The notes beneath the pieces were generated by a model. The model was not told where the DNA came from and made no database searches. It saw only the letters and a program-made list of their open reading frames with translations. A stretch of 64,000 nt of DNA from Theionarchaea archaeon (lineage in GTDB: Archaea; Methanobacteriota_B; Thermococci; Methanofastidiosales; SZ-28-30): positions 29,040-93,039 of the forward strand of contig JACVGT010000014.1 in the NCBI GenBank assembly GCA_018992685.1, in the 5' to 3' direction. Made by a program: the position numbers and the translations under genes. Shown here one piece after another: positions 26,810-35,405 of the stretch. The first letter of the stretch is position 1; the number at the start of each line of letters is the position of its first letter.

Positions 26810-28260
26810 ATCGAGTTACCATTAATCCTATCACTCGCCTGGAAGGGCATGGTAAAATTGAGATATTCCTTGATAGCAAGGGAAATGTGGAGAATGCCTA
26901 TCTGCAGATTCCTGAATTGCGCGGATTTGAACGGTTCTGCCAAGGAAGGCCTGGGGAGGAACTGCCCAGAATTACTCCTCGAATCTGTGGTGTGTGTCCC
27001 ACTGCTCATCACATGGCATCTGCAAAAGCACTGGATGCAGCCTTTAATGTGGAGCCGACACCCACTGCTAAGAAATTGAGAGAACTCATGTATGCAGGAT
27101 ACTATGTATATGATCACACTCTTCACTTCTACTATCTGGGTGGTCCTGACTTCATTGTGGGGCCTCAAGCCCCGGCTGCAGAACGAAATATTCTTGGCGT
27201 TATCAACAAGGTGGGACTTGACATTGCAAAAGAAGTGATCAAGCACAGAAGCTACGGACAAAAAGTCATTGAAATCCTGGGAGGAAAAGCCACTCATCCT
27301 GTTTCAGCACTCCCGGGAGGGATATCTAAAGGGCTGACAGAAGAGGAAAGGGCCAGCATTGAAGAAATGGCCAGGTCTTCTGTCAAGTTTGCAGCGTTTT
27401 CTCTAGAAACCTTTGACAACATTGTCCTCAAGAACAAGGAATATGTTGATTTGATTACTTCAGATGCCTATACCATGAGAACATATTACATGGGGCTTGT
27501 TGACGAGAACAACAAGGTCAACTTCTACGATGGAAAGATAAGAGTTGTGGATCCCACTGGGAAGGAGTACATCAAGTTTGATGCTTCAGACTACCTCACA
27601 CACATTGCAGAACATGTGGAACCCTGGTCGTACATCAAATTCCCTTACCTGAAAGGGGTAGGATGGAAAGGGTTTGTAGATGGCGTAGACTCTGGAGTGT
27701 ACCGGGTTGCCCCATTGGCAAGACTCAATGCTGCACAGGGAATGGCCACACCATTGGCCCAGGAAGCATATGAGAAGATGATGGAAACGCTGGGTTCCCC
27801 TGTCCACCATACGCTTGCCACACACTGGGCCCGCCTCATTGAGCTTCAATATGCAGCAGAACGCCTGCTGGAGTTGGCCCAGGATGAAGACATCACTTCC
27901 AAAGACATACGAGCTGAGCCGGGAGAACCCGGTGAAGGAGTGGGGGTTGTCGAAGCAGCTCGTGGAACCTTATTCCATCATTACAAGCTGGACAAAGACG
28001 GGCTCGCCGAAAGTGTCAACCTCATAGTTGCCACCGTAAACAATGGACCCGCCATAAACATGTCAGTAAGAGATGCAGCAAAAGGACTCATAAAAGAGGG
28101 TAAGGTATCTGATGGGTTGCTGAACATGGTAGAAATGGCCTTCAGGTCATATGACCCCTGCTTTGGCTGTGCTACCCATTTCCTCCCTGGAGAAATGCCA
28201 CTACAGGTGAGAATTCACAGAATCGACGGAACAGTTCAAACTCTTGAACGGAATCTCTAA
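26806..28260 (+). CDS. mvhA: [NiFe]-hydrogenase large subunit MvhA
   Basis: N-terminal RICGVCPTAHH (RxCGxCxxxH) and C-terminal DPCFGCATH (DPCxxCxxH) nickel-ligand motifs. About 26 residues follow the C-terminal His. Confidence 0.9.
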   Translation: MNRVTINPITRLEGHGKIEIFLDSKGNVENAYLQIPELRGFERFCQGRPGEELPRITPRICGVCPTAHHMASAKALDAAFNVEPTPTAKKLRELMYAGYYVYDHTLHFYYLGGPDFIVGPQAPAAERNILGVINKVGLDIAKEVIKHRSYGQKVIEILGGKATHPVSALPGGISKGLTEEERASIEEMARSSVKFAAFSLETFDNIVLKNKEYVDLITSDAYTMRTYYMGLVDENNKVNFYDGKIRVVDPTGKEYIKFDASDYLTHIAEHVEPWSYIKFPYLKGVGWKGFVDGVDSGVYRVAPLARLNAAQGMATPLAQEAYEKMMETLGSPVHHTLATHWARLIELQYAAERLLELAQDEDITSKDIRAEPGEPGEGVGVVEAARGTLFHHYKLDKDGLAESVNLIVATVNNGPAINMSVRDAAKGLIKEGKVSDGLLNMVEMAFRSYDPCFGCATHFLPGEMPLQVRIHRIDGTVQTLERNL

Positions 28261-28290
28261 TCTCTTTTTTCCTCTGTTTTCTTATTCAAT
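28261..28290 (+). terminator. Oligo-T terminator-like tract after mvhA (tctcttttttcctctgttttcttattc)
   Basis: Consecutive T-runs directly after the last gene of the hdr/mvh cluster. Confidence 0.45.
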
Positions 28291-28374
28291 CTCTCGGATG
28301 GCTCGTCTCTTGTTCTACATGAACCTGTGAGACACAGGCAAATTTCGTAAGTTTGACAATGTGGTAAAGTTTAT

Positions 28375-28776
28375 ATGGTACAAAAACACTGGACAGCGAT
28401 GTTTCGATGGCATGAATTCAGACCAGATGAGAAGGGAATTGAGAAGGTGTTGAGCCCTCTGGAATCTGAGATCATGCAGATTATGTGGGATGAGAAGATA
28501 TCTGTGGCTCGGGATATCTATGAGATCATGAAAAAAAAGGAAAAGAAGACCCGCAGATCTACAATCAGCATCATGATGAACCGGCTGCGCGAACGGGGGC
28601 TTCTGGAGAGACAGCCGGAGACAGGAAAAGGGGGAGAACGATATGTCTACACCGTCAGAGTAACACGGGAAGAGTTTTCCCGTGCAGTGGTGGAAAAGGT
28701 AATGAGCAGTCTCACAGAAGCGTTCCAGGATGCCACGGTGAGGTATGTGAGAAACCATCTTTCTGATAAGATTTAA
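28375..28776 (+). CDS. BlaI/MecI/CopY-family winged-helix transcriptional repressor
   Basis: LSPLESEIMQIMWDE ... STISIMMNRLRERGLLERQ ... YVYTV matches the Penicillinase_R wHTH pattern. No BlaR1-type sensor or copper ATPase adjacent. Confidence 0.6.
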   Translation: MVQKHWTAMFRWHEFRPDEKGIEKVLSPLESEIMQIMWDEKISVARDIYEIMKKKEKKTRRSTISIMMNRLRERGLLERQPETGKGGERYVYTVRVTREEFSRAVVEKVMSSLTEAFQDATVRYVRNHLSDKI

Positions 28777-28904
28777 GGCACAAACTCAAGGAGAAAAAAA
28801 GGGTGGGTCTGCAGGAATCTCAGGTTTAGTCGACATGGGGTTTGGATCCACAATCGAAATGCGGTTAACTGCTAGCAAAAGTGCTTTAGAATGAGGAGAC
28901 TCTA

Positions 28905-29714
28905 ATGAATTGTGTTGTGATAAGATATGGAGAGATAGGCACCAAGTCGAGGCGGACTCGCAGGCGATGGGAAAGCATATTCATGAAGAATATTAGGAGC
29001 GCATTGGAAGCAAACAATGTTGAATTCAGCTCCATTGAAAACCCCAGAGGCAGAATCATCGTTGCCACCAGAGATCCGAGGGCAGTCGACGTGATAAAGG
29101 ATGTCTTTGGAATTTCGTCAATTTCGTTTGCCACACGAGGGAGTCTTGATCTGAAAGACATGAAAGAAAAAGCGTGGGAGTTCTACAGGAGGTTCGGAAA
29201 AGGAGGTACCTTCCGCATTTCTACACAGAGGCTGGACAAGCAGTTTCCCCTAACATCCCAGGAGGTTAGTGCAGAAGTGGGAGCCTTTATTGCCTGCAGG
29301 CATGTCTCTGTTGACCTCACAAATGCTGATGTTGACATTGGCATCGAGATCCTGAGTGATGCTGCCTACTTTTTTGTGGATCGTATTTCAGCTTACGGAG
29401 GAATTCCGGTGGGAATACAGGGGAAAGTGTTAATTCATCTCACAGACAGGAGATCTGCAGTGGCTGCATGGATGATGTTGAAGCGGGGATGTGGGCTGGT
29501 GGTACACGGAGATGAGGAGATCGGTTTCCGCCTTGGACGATTTTCATACGGGTGTCCTATCACCAAGCTTCTGGACTCACAGAAAGCAAAGAGTGTTCTT
29601 GCTGTGGTCTTTTCTGAGTTCCATCCAGAGAAAAGAGACATTCCAAGTTTCTATCCACTTCTAGGACTGAAAGAAAGCCAGATACAAGAAATTTCGGAAG
29701 ACATTTTTAGATAG
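28905..29714 (+). CDS. ThiI-like THUMP-domain protein lacking a functional PP-loop
   Basis: N-terminus VIRYGEIGTKSRRTRRRWE and THUMP region resemble ThiI. The segment aligned to the PP-loop (GKVLIHLTDRRSAVAAWMMLKRGCGLVVHG) has TDRRS instead of SGGxDS. The protein stops at 269 aa. Confidence 0.5.
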   Translation: MNCVVIRYGEIGTKSRRTRRRWESIFMKNIRSALEANNVEFSSIENPRGRIIVATRDPRAVDVIKDVFGISSISFATRGSLDLKDMKEKAWEFYRRFGKGGTFRISTQRLDKQFPLTSQEVSAEVGAFIACRHVSVDLTNADVDIGIEILSDAAYFFVDRISAYGGIPVGIQGKVLIHLTDRRSAVAAWMMLKRGCGLVVHGDEEIGFRLGRFSYGCPITKLLDSQKAKSVLAVVFSEFHPEKRDIPSFYPLLGLKESQIQEISEDIFR

Positions 29715-29794
29715 AAGAATCGACACATGAACAGCTCATGTGGGATTTCACTGAAAAACAAATAAAAAGTAGAAAAGGAAAATTGAGAGTTAAA

Positions 29795-30625
29795 CTACGG
29801 TTTCTTGCCTTTTCCTTTGCTCTTACCCTTGTTCTTGTCTTTTCCCTTTCCTTTGCCGTTGTTGTTGCTGTCGCTTTCACTGTCCTCATCGTCTTTGTTG
29901 TTGCCATTTCCCTGATTCCCAAGAGAATTCTTCTCTCTGTTCTGTTCTCTGTTCTGTTCCTGGTTTTCATCCTCGCCTTCGTTCTGTTCTTCGTTCTGTT
30001 CTTCGTTTTCCTCTCCGTCCTCTCCGTTGTCTCTCTCGTACTTGCTCAGAGCATTCCCGGAGGTGTGGAGTGCAGCATTTGAAAGACCCTTTGCAGCACC
30101 AAGTTTTCCCTCTGCTGCCTTTTCAGCTGCCTTCTGCAGCAATTTAACAGCTACATTGTATAGGGTCTCCACGGCCTGAGAAACTTCTCCCTCGCCTTCT
30201 TCGTCTTCTTCATCGTCGCCTATTTCATCGTCTCCGTCATCTTCGCCTTCTCCGTCATCTTCGCCTTCTCCGTCATCTTCGCCTTCTCCGTCATCTTCGC
30301 CTTCTCCGTCATCTTCGCCTTCTCCGTCATCTTCGCCTTCTCCGTCATCTTCGCCTTCTCCGTCATCGCCGTTAAGCAGCTCTTCAAGTTCTTTTATGTT
30401 ATTGGCAGCATCAATGAACTGCTGTACCAGCGCTTCTGACATACCTTCGTTGTCGGCATCGTCAGGGAAGGGATCAAATTGATCAGGAATTCCATCGCCG
30501 TCAGAGTCAGCCCACGGATCAGTCTCTTCATCTTCTTCCGGAGGATCCTCTGAGTCTTCTGCAAGGATTGGATAGAGGTTTCCGATAAGCATCATGAGCA
30601 TCAAGATCGCAATCAGCTTTTTCAT
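29795..30625 (-). CDS. Secreted low-complexity poly-acidic protein with (GEGEDD)n repeats, thrombospondin-type-3-like Asp motif and a Lys/Gly-rich C-terminal tail
   Basis: Signal peptide MKKLIAILMLMMLIGNLYPILA. DSDGDGIPDQFDPFPDD (DxDxDG-like) motif. Seven-plus tandem GEGEDD units, then E/N/Q-rich segment and KGKGKDKNKGKSKGKGKKP end. Confidence 0.5.
   Translation of the reverse strand: MKKLIAILMLMMLIGNLYPILAEDSEDPPEEDEETDPWADSDGDGIPDQFDPFPDDADNEGMSEALVQQFIDAANNIKELEELLNGDDGEGEDDGEGEDDGEGEDDGEGEDDGEGEDDGEGEDDGEGEDDGDDEIGDDEEDEEGEGEVSQAVETLYNVAVKLLQKAAEKAAEGKLGAAKGLSNAALHTSGNALSKYERDNGEDGEENEEQNEEQNEGEDENQEQNREQNREKNSLGNQGNGNNKDDEDSESDSNNNGKGKGKDKNKGKSKGKGKKP
30231..30374. repeat. Perfect 18-bp tandem repeat (tctccgtcatcttcgcct) x7 plus one diverged unit, encoding the GEGEDD repeats
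   Basis: Seven identical consecutive 18-mers read directly from the sequence. Confidence 0.95.
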
Positions 30626-30830
30626 GTAGTTCACCTAATCCTCTTAGGCACGATCCTTTATAAGCTTTTCGCCGAGTAGTCAGAATATTTTCAATCTTTT
30701 TAAGAAATTTCTTAAGTCTTTTGCGAAATATACAATACATGACAGTACTGTGTGTTATTGCGAAGGGAAACCCCCTGGAAAGATGCAGTCCTGCGCAATG
30801 TTTATAACTGACAATGGACTTTTGTTTTCC

Positions 30831-31322
30831 ATGAGATATGCAGCGATATTTCTGATCTTGTTGACTGCAGCGTGCATAGGTCAAGAATCTGAACAGCCCC
30901 AGGTGATGGCCACTCCTGAGGAAATCATAACCTCGTACGTTGAGGGTCTGAATCAGAGAAATTTGGCTGAAATAGAGGACCTGACCCACCCCTACTTCGT
31001 CAATGATGCAGAACAGCTCCTGGACTTCGTCACAAATGAGAAGCTGAGATTCGAGATAGCAGGAATATCTCTTGTGATGGAAGAAGAAGAGTTCAGGGAA
31101 ATGACAAAGGGACTCTCTGACGCCGAATTTGCCGAACAAATTGGAAAGAGAGGAAGGTCCTATGAGGTCATAGTCACCGTCACCACTTCAGACACTTCTT
31201 ATGAGGAGATTCTCCTGTTTATTGAATTGGGAGAAACTGAGGAAGGATGGAAAGTCATTGAACCCAATGTGCTCCAGTTGCTGATTGAAACCTCATTGGA
31301 AGTCGCACAGGCAGAAGGTTAA
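30831..31322 (+). CDS. Hypothetical lipoprotein
   Basis: Signal peptide with lipobox-like LLTAAC|IG after start MRYAAIFLILL. Acidic soluble domain with no recognised family. The longer frame from 30750 is rejected. Confidence 0.4.
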   Translation: MRYAAIFLILLTAACIGQESEQPQVMATPEEIITSYVEGLNQRNLAEIEDLTHPYFVNDAEQLLDFVTNEKLRFEIAGISLVMEEEEFREMTKGLSDAEFAEQIGKRGRSYEVIVTVTTSDTSYEEILLFIELGETEEGWKVIEPNVLQLLIETSLEVAQAEG

Positions 31323-31622
31323 GAAAGCAGCCCGATAACCGTGTGTGTCTTCCTGAACCAGTATGTTCAGTAGCTACTGATTTCTGGATTTATCACTACC
31401 TACACATGAATAATGATCACATGCTGGGACAGAACGTTTGACTGAACGGTTTACACTGTGATATTTGAAGCCGCATTGCGTGAAGAAACTCATCAGTTTA
31501 CGAACAGTGATCCTGTCACACAGAGAGGATCAATGACTGGTGAGGTCCACTCTTTCAACATATCCTTGAGTAGGTCCTCGTGCAGGGATTAACTTATTTA
31601 TGTCGTGTTTCCATGGAAGTAT

Positions 31623-32555
31623 ATGCTCATAATCAATGAACAATCTGTTCTTGACTGCATTACAGCATGTTCTGAAGTAAAGAATATCGCGGTACAGGCT
31701 CCAGCAGGACTGAGGAAGAAAGCCTTGGAACTCAGCACCTTTCTGGAAAATGCAGGGTACACAGTTTTTATTTCAGCTGCCCCCTGTTATGGTGCCTGTG
31801 ATCTGGAGGAATTTGGAGATCTTCTGGTTCATGTTGGACACACTGAAATCTACTCTGCCAAGATACCCGTAGTCTACGCGGAGGTTATTGATGATTTTGA
31901 CTTTATTCCCACGTTAGAAGAGAACTTGAATAAGATACCGGCGCGAGTTGGGCTCCTCACTACTGCCCAGCACAAGCTCGAACTGGAGAGAGTTCAGAGG
32001 TATCTGAACACCAACCGAATTGAAACTCACACAGGTCTCGGATCAAGAACTGAATTCGAAGGTCAGATACTGGGCTGTGATCTCATGGCAGCAGTCAGCG
32101 TTTTGGAGGCAGTGGACGCTTTTCTCTACTTGGGAACAGGCGACTTTCATCCTCTGGGTGCAGCCATTGCCACGGGAAAGCCTGTATTCCGAGTATACGA
32201 TACGTTTGAGATTGTAGATTTCGAGAAATTGTTGAGAAAGAGACATGCTCTCATCTTTGAAGCTTCCCGGAGATCAACCTTTGGCATCGTCATTAGCACA
32301 AGAAAAGGCCAGAACAGAATGAGTGAGGCCTTGGCCATTAAGTCCTACTTGAGAGAAAGAGGGAAGAACACTTTCCTTTTCGTGTGCAACGAAATCAGAC
32401 CAGAGGTTCTGTATGGGTGCGATGCATATGTTATCTGCGCCTGTCCCAGGATTGCTTTGGATGATGCTGCGCTGTATGATGCTCCTGTCCTGACCTGCAC
32501 GGAAGTTCCCTTGATGTTTGAGGAAAGGGAGTATACTATGGATATGATCATATGA
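31623..32555 (+). CDS. dph2: Diphthamide biosynthesis enzyme Dph2 (2-(3-amino-3-carboxypropyl)histidine synthase)
   Basis: Strong match to archaeal Dph2 throughout (LLTTAQH ... ILGCD ... LYLGTGDFHPLG ... FGIVISTRKGQNR ... ICACPRIALDD). TATA-like acttatttatg sits 26 bp upstream of ATG 31623. Confidence 0.85.
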   Translation: MLIINEQSVLDCITACSEVKNIAVQAPAGLRKKALELSTFLENAGYTVFISAAPCYGACDLEEFGDLLVHVGHTEIYSAKIPVVYAEVIDDFDFIPTLEENLNKIPARVGLLTTAQHKLELERVQRYLNTNRIETHTGLGSRTEFEGQILGCDLMAAVSVLEAVDAFLYLGTGDFHPLGAAIATGKPVFRVYDTFEIVDFEKLLRKRHALIFEASRRSTFGIVISTRKGQNRMSEALAIKSYLRERGKNTFLFVCNEIRPEVLYGCDAYVICACPRIALDDAALYDAPVLTCTEVPLMFEEREYTMDMII

Positions 32556-33160
32556 AAAAAAAGACCCTGGCAATGATGCTATCTTCCCTAGAGACCGTTC
32601 ATTCCTCCGCCTCCTTGGAACAGTACACCTTGTCAGGTGACGTGGCTGCAGATATCCTGATCTATGCCTACGACTTTGAAGACGTATGCTCCAGGGCAGT
32701 GGCTGATCTGGGATGCGGGTCTGGAATTCTGGGAATTGGAGCTCTCCTCTTGGGAGCTGCAGGTGTTACTTTTGTGGACTGCGACTCCCGCGCAATTGAG
32801 ATGGCACGGACAAACCTGATTACAGCAACAAAAGATTTAAAAGTGGGTAAAATAATTTTTGAATGTGGTAATATTCAAAATATTACACTCACCGCCGATA
32901 CTGTGGTGCAGAACCCTCCTTTCGGGACGAAAAGGAAGGGTGCAGATGTGCAATTTCTGAAAAAAGCAACGGAAATTGCCCCAGTAGTATATTCGCTACA
33001 CAAGAAGGGAAATGCAGGCTTCCTTTCACAGCAAACGCACCACACACTCACGCATGTAAAGGATATGACACTGCCATTATACAGGAATTATCCTTTTCAC
33101 ACAAAACGGGTGGTTAATGTAGAAGCAGAACTATTGCGGTTTGAAAAGGTGAAAATATGA
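32552..33160 (+). CDS. N6-adenine-type class I methyltransferase (METTL5/HemK-like, NPPF motif); putative rRNA methyltransferase
   Basis: SAM motif DLGCGSGILGIGA and catalytic VVQNPPFG. Confidence 0.65.
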   Translation: MKKKTLAMMLSSLETVHSSASLEQYTLSGDVAADILIYAYDFEDVCSRAVADLGCGSGILGIGALLLGAAGVTFVDCDSRAIEMARTNLITATKDLKVGKIIFECGNIQNITLTADTVVQNPPFGTKRKGADVQFLKKATEIAPVVYSLHKKGNAGFLSQQTHHTLTHVKDMTLPLYRNYPFHTKRVVNVEAELLRFEKVKI

Positions 33161-33726
33161 AGGACGGAGAATTAGTCATGCCTGGCTCCTTTCTAGGAGT
33201 TGCAGAAGAATTCTTGCCGGGTAGAGGTGCGTTTGAAGAAGATGGAAAAATCTATGCCTCCACCATTGGCATTGCTCGATATGATATGAAAGGAAGGAAA
33301 GCAGAAGTCAAACCAATGGTGAAACAGCCTCCAACCCCAACTTCAGGAGATATTGTCATTTGCCAGGTTGAACTCATGAGAGAAAAGATGGCATTGGTGG
33401 AAATCTTAGCACTGGAAGGATATGAAGATAGAGAGGTGACAGGCTCCACCAAGGCACGGATCTATATCTCTCAAACTGCCCAGAGATATGTAAAGGATCT
33501 GGCGACTCAATTCCATGTTAATGATACTGTACGGGCCAAAGTAAGGAAAGCGCAGAGGGAGCCCTATGAGCTCTCTACAGCAGGCAATGATCTGGGAGTG
33601 GTCAGAGCTCTCTGTTCGAAGTGCCGCACTGTGCTGAAGCGCAAGGGCAATGTACTTGAATGCCCTGAATGTGGGAACATCGAGATGAGAAAGCTGGCCT
33701 CTGACTATGGAAAAGGCCGGGTGTGA
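33157..33726 (+). CDS. csl4: Exosome complex RNA-binding subunit Csl4
   Basis: N-terminal domain, S1 domain (GDIVICQVELMREKMALVEI) and C-terminal Zn-ribbon (CSKCRTV ... CPECGN). Confidence 0.85.
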   Translation: MKDGELVMPGSFLGVAEEFLPGRGAFEEDGKIYASTIGIARYDMKGRKAEVKPMVKQPPTPTSGDIVICQVELMREKMALVEILALEGYEDREVTGSTKARIYISQTAQRYVKDLATQFHVNDTVRAKVRKAQREPYELSTAGNDLGVVRALCSKCRTVLKRKGNVLECPECGNIEMRKLASDYGKGRV

Positions 33727-34000
33727 TAGTGTGGAACTTGAAATTCTAACCCATGAGAAAACCAGACTGGAAGCTGCTCTGAAGGGAGAAGATCATACTT
33801 TTGCCAACCTGCTTCGGCAGACGCTGAAAGAAGATACTCATGTTGTTTCTGCAGCGTACAAGGTGGGCCACCCCTTGCTTGACAAGGAGCGTCCAGTCCT
33901 TTTTTTGGAAACAGACGGCAAGGAAAGTCCCAAGGAAGCTCTGACCAAGGCTGCTCGCAAGATAAAGGAGCAGATAAATGAATTTGGAGCAAAACTTTAA
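33707..34000 (+). CDS. rpoL: DNA-directed RNA polymerase subunit Rpo11 (RpoL)
   Basis: HTFANLLRQTL ... VVSAAYKVGHPLLDKERPVLFLETDG is the Rpb11/RpoL dimerisation-domain signature. Confidence 0.8.
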   Translation: MEKAGCDSVELEILTHEKTRLEAALKGEDHTFANLLRQTLKEDTHVVSAAYKVGHPLLDKERPVLFLETDGKESPKEALTKAARKIKEQINEFGAKL

Positions 34001-34382
34001 GGGATTTGGCGATGCTCTTATTAATTTCCTGTACTCGCTGGCTAAGTCCAAAGCAACGGGCACCTGGACAGGGGAGAAAGTATCCAATTACGTTCTTTCA
34101 CAGGCGCTGATTTTCTCAGAAATTAGTAATCCTGGAGGGATGGATAAGCACGAAAAGGGAGACTATGTGGAAAGCTTCATCGCTCAAGCATGGGTTGACC
34201 GTGTCGTGAACACTGAGGAAGCTGTGGACGTGCTGGTAGGAGTCCTGAAAACCTACAATCTGGAAGAAGAAGAACAGAAAGCCATGACTGATGCTTTTCG
34301 CCATCTCCTGGATTACATACAAGAGAAACACAGGAAGTCGTTGAAGAAACCTTTGCGGAGATTCCTGGGACTGATCACATGA
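33978..34382 (+). CDS. Conserved hypothetical protein in the exosome-neighbourhood operon (weak RNase-III-like FGDALINFLYS motif)
   Basis: 134 aa, translationally coupled to rpoL upstream and the DUF99 gene downstream. Family not recognised. Confidence 0.3.
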   Translation: MNLEQNFKGFGDALINFLYSLAKSKATGTWTGEKVSNYVLSQALIFSEISNPGGMDKHEKGDYVESFIAQAWVDRVVNTEEAVDVLVGVLKTYNLEEEEQKAMTDAFRHLLDYIQEKHRKSLKKPLRRFLGLIT

Positions 34383-34948
34383 AGATTAAGCCTCAAATTC
34401 GCATTCTAGGAGTGGACGATGGTTCACTGTGTGGTCAGCGAATTCTGTTGGTTGGAGTAGTATTTCGAGGAGGATTCTGGATTGATGGGCTCTTGAGTTG
34501 TGAAATCCAGCGAGATGGTACTGATGCTACAGAGAAGATCATCTCAATGGTGAGCAACACAAGACATGAAGACCTCAGGATTATTATGACAGATGGTATT
34601 ACTTTTGCAGGGTTCAACACCATTGACATCAAGGCCATCTCTCAACAAACAGGGCTGGGGATCATCCCTGTCATGAGGAGGATGCCGGATTTCCAGAAGA
34701 TCTCCAGGGCACTGGAGAATTTTCCTGATAGAGATAAGAGATGGGAGTGTATTGAGAAAGCAGGACCGGTGTTCTCTGTCAAGGTTGGCCAGGGGGAGCT
34801 CTTTTACCAGGTTGCAGGACTCGAAAGAGAAGAAGCAGAGAAAGTAATTTCGCTAACCTGCATGCACTCTCACCTGCCTGAACCCGTGAGGGTCGCACAC
34901 ATCATCGCCACAGGGGTTGTGCGAGGAGAAGCCTCCAAGAAACCATAG
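34379..34948 (+). CDS. UPF0215/DUF99 family protein
   Basis: N-terminal IRILGVDDGS motif typical of DUF99. Confidence 0.5.
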   Translation: MKIKPQIRILGVDDGSLCGQRILLVGVVFRGGFWIDGLLSCEIQRDGTDATEKIISMVSNTRHEDLRIIMTDGITFAGFNTIDIKAISQQTGLGIIPVMRRMPDFQKISRALENFPDRDKRWECIEKAGPVFSVKVGQGELFYQVAGLEREEAEKVISLTCMHSHLPEPVRVAHIIATGVVRGEASKKP

Positions 34949-35331
34949 ACTTCCCGTGGATTGTTCCGTATGAGGATTGATTGTCCATTTCACTCTTGGC
35001 TCCTGAGTGTAAATAATGGGAGCATCTTACTTTTTCGTATAAACTCATAATCCCTAAATGGCCAATGGAGTTATCTCGTACTGTAATTTTTGGTCAAATA
35101 TGATATTTTGTTGAATCTCGTTCATTGATTTCGCTTTTTTCATTACTTTTCCTTCTAACCTACTATTTCCAATTTTACATCTCCCAGTCGTTTCCAATAA
35201 TGGTCATTCCTATAACCAAAAAATAAATAGCATGCACAAAGTATATATGGTTCGAAATGAAAAAACCCCAGCGTTTGTTGAGATCTGTAGGGGGGTGGGC
35301 AGAGAAGATCATGTGGTGAAGAGGCTCTCGG

Positions 35332-35357
35332 CGCTCCTGGGAAGTTTCCCAGGAGCG
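35332..35357. other. GC-rich hairpin (CGCTCCTGGG-aagttt-CCCAGGAGCG) between convergent genes
   Basis: 10-bp perfect inverted repeat with 6-nt loop, about 50 nt past the PAC2 stop, inside a 457-bp AT-rich non-coding spacer. Confidence 0.5.
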
Positions 35358-35405
35358 GTTCATCCAGAGCCTTTCTAACTGTATGATTCCATAATCCAGA
35401 GACGG

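Noticed and set aside
19739-28260. Selenocysteine (in-frame UGA) in HdrA or MvhA as in some methanogens
   Set aside because: All hdr/mvh reading frames are uninterrupted with Cys codons at the relevant positions. No in-frame TGA or SECIS-like hairpin needed.
29738-30082. Hydrophobic 114-aa ORF on the plus strand (and the 87-aa ORF 29707-29970 on the minus strand) inside the acidic-repeat gene
   Set aside because: These are frames of the same 18-bp repeat tract. The minus-strand acidic protein has a proper signal peptide and an upstream start context, while the others are repeat-driven artefacts.
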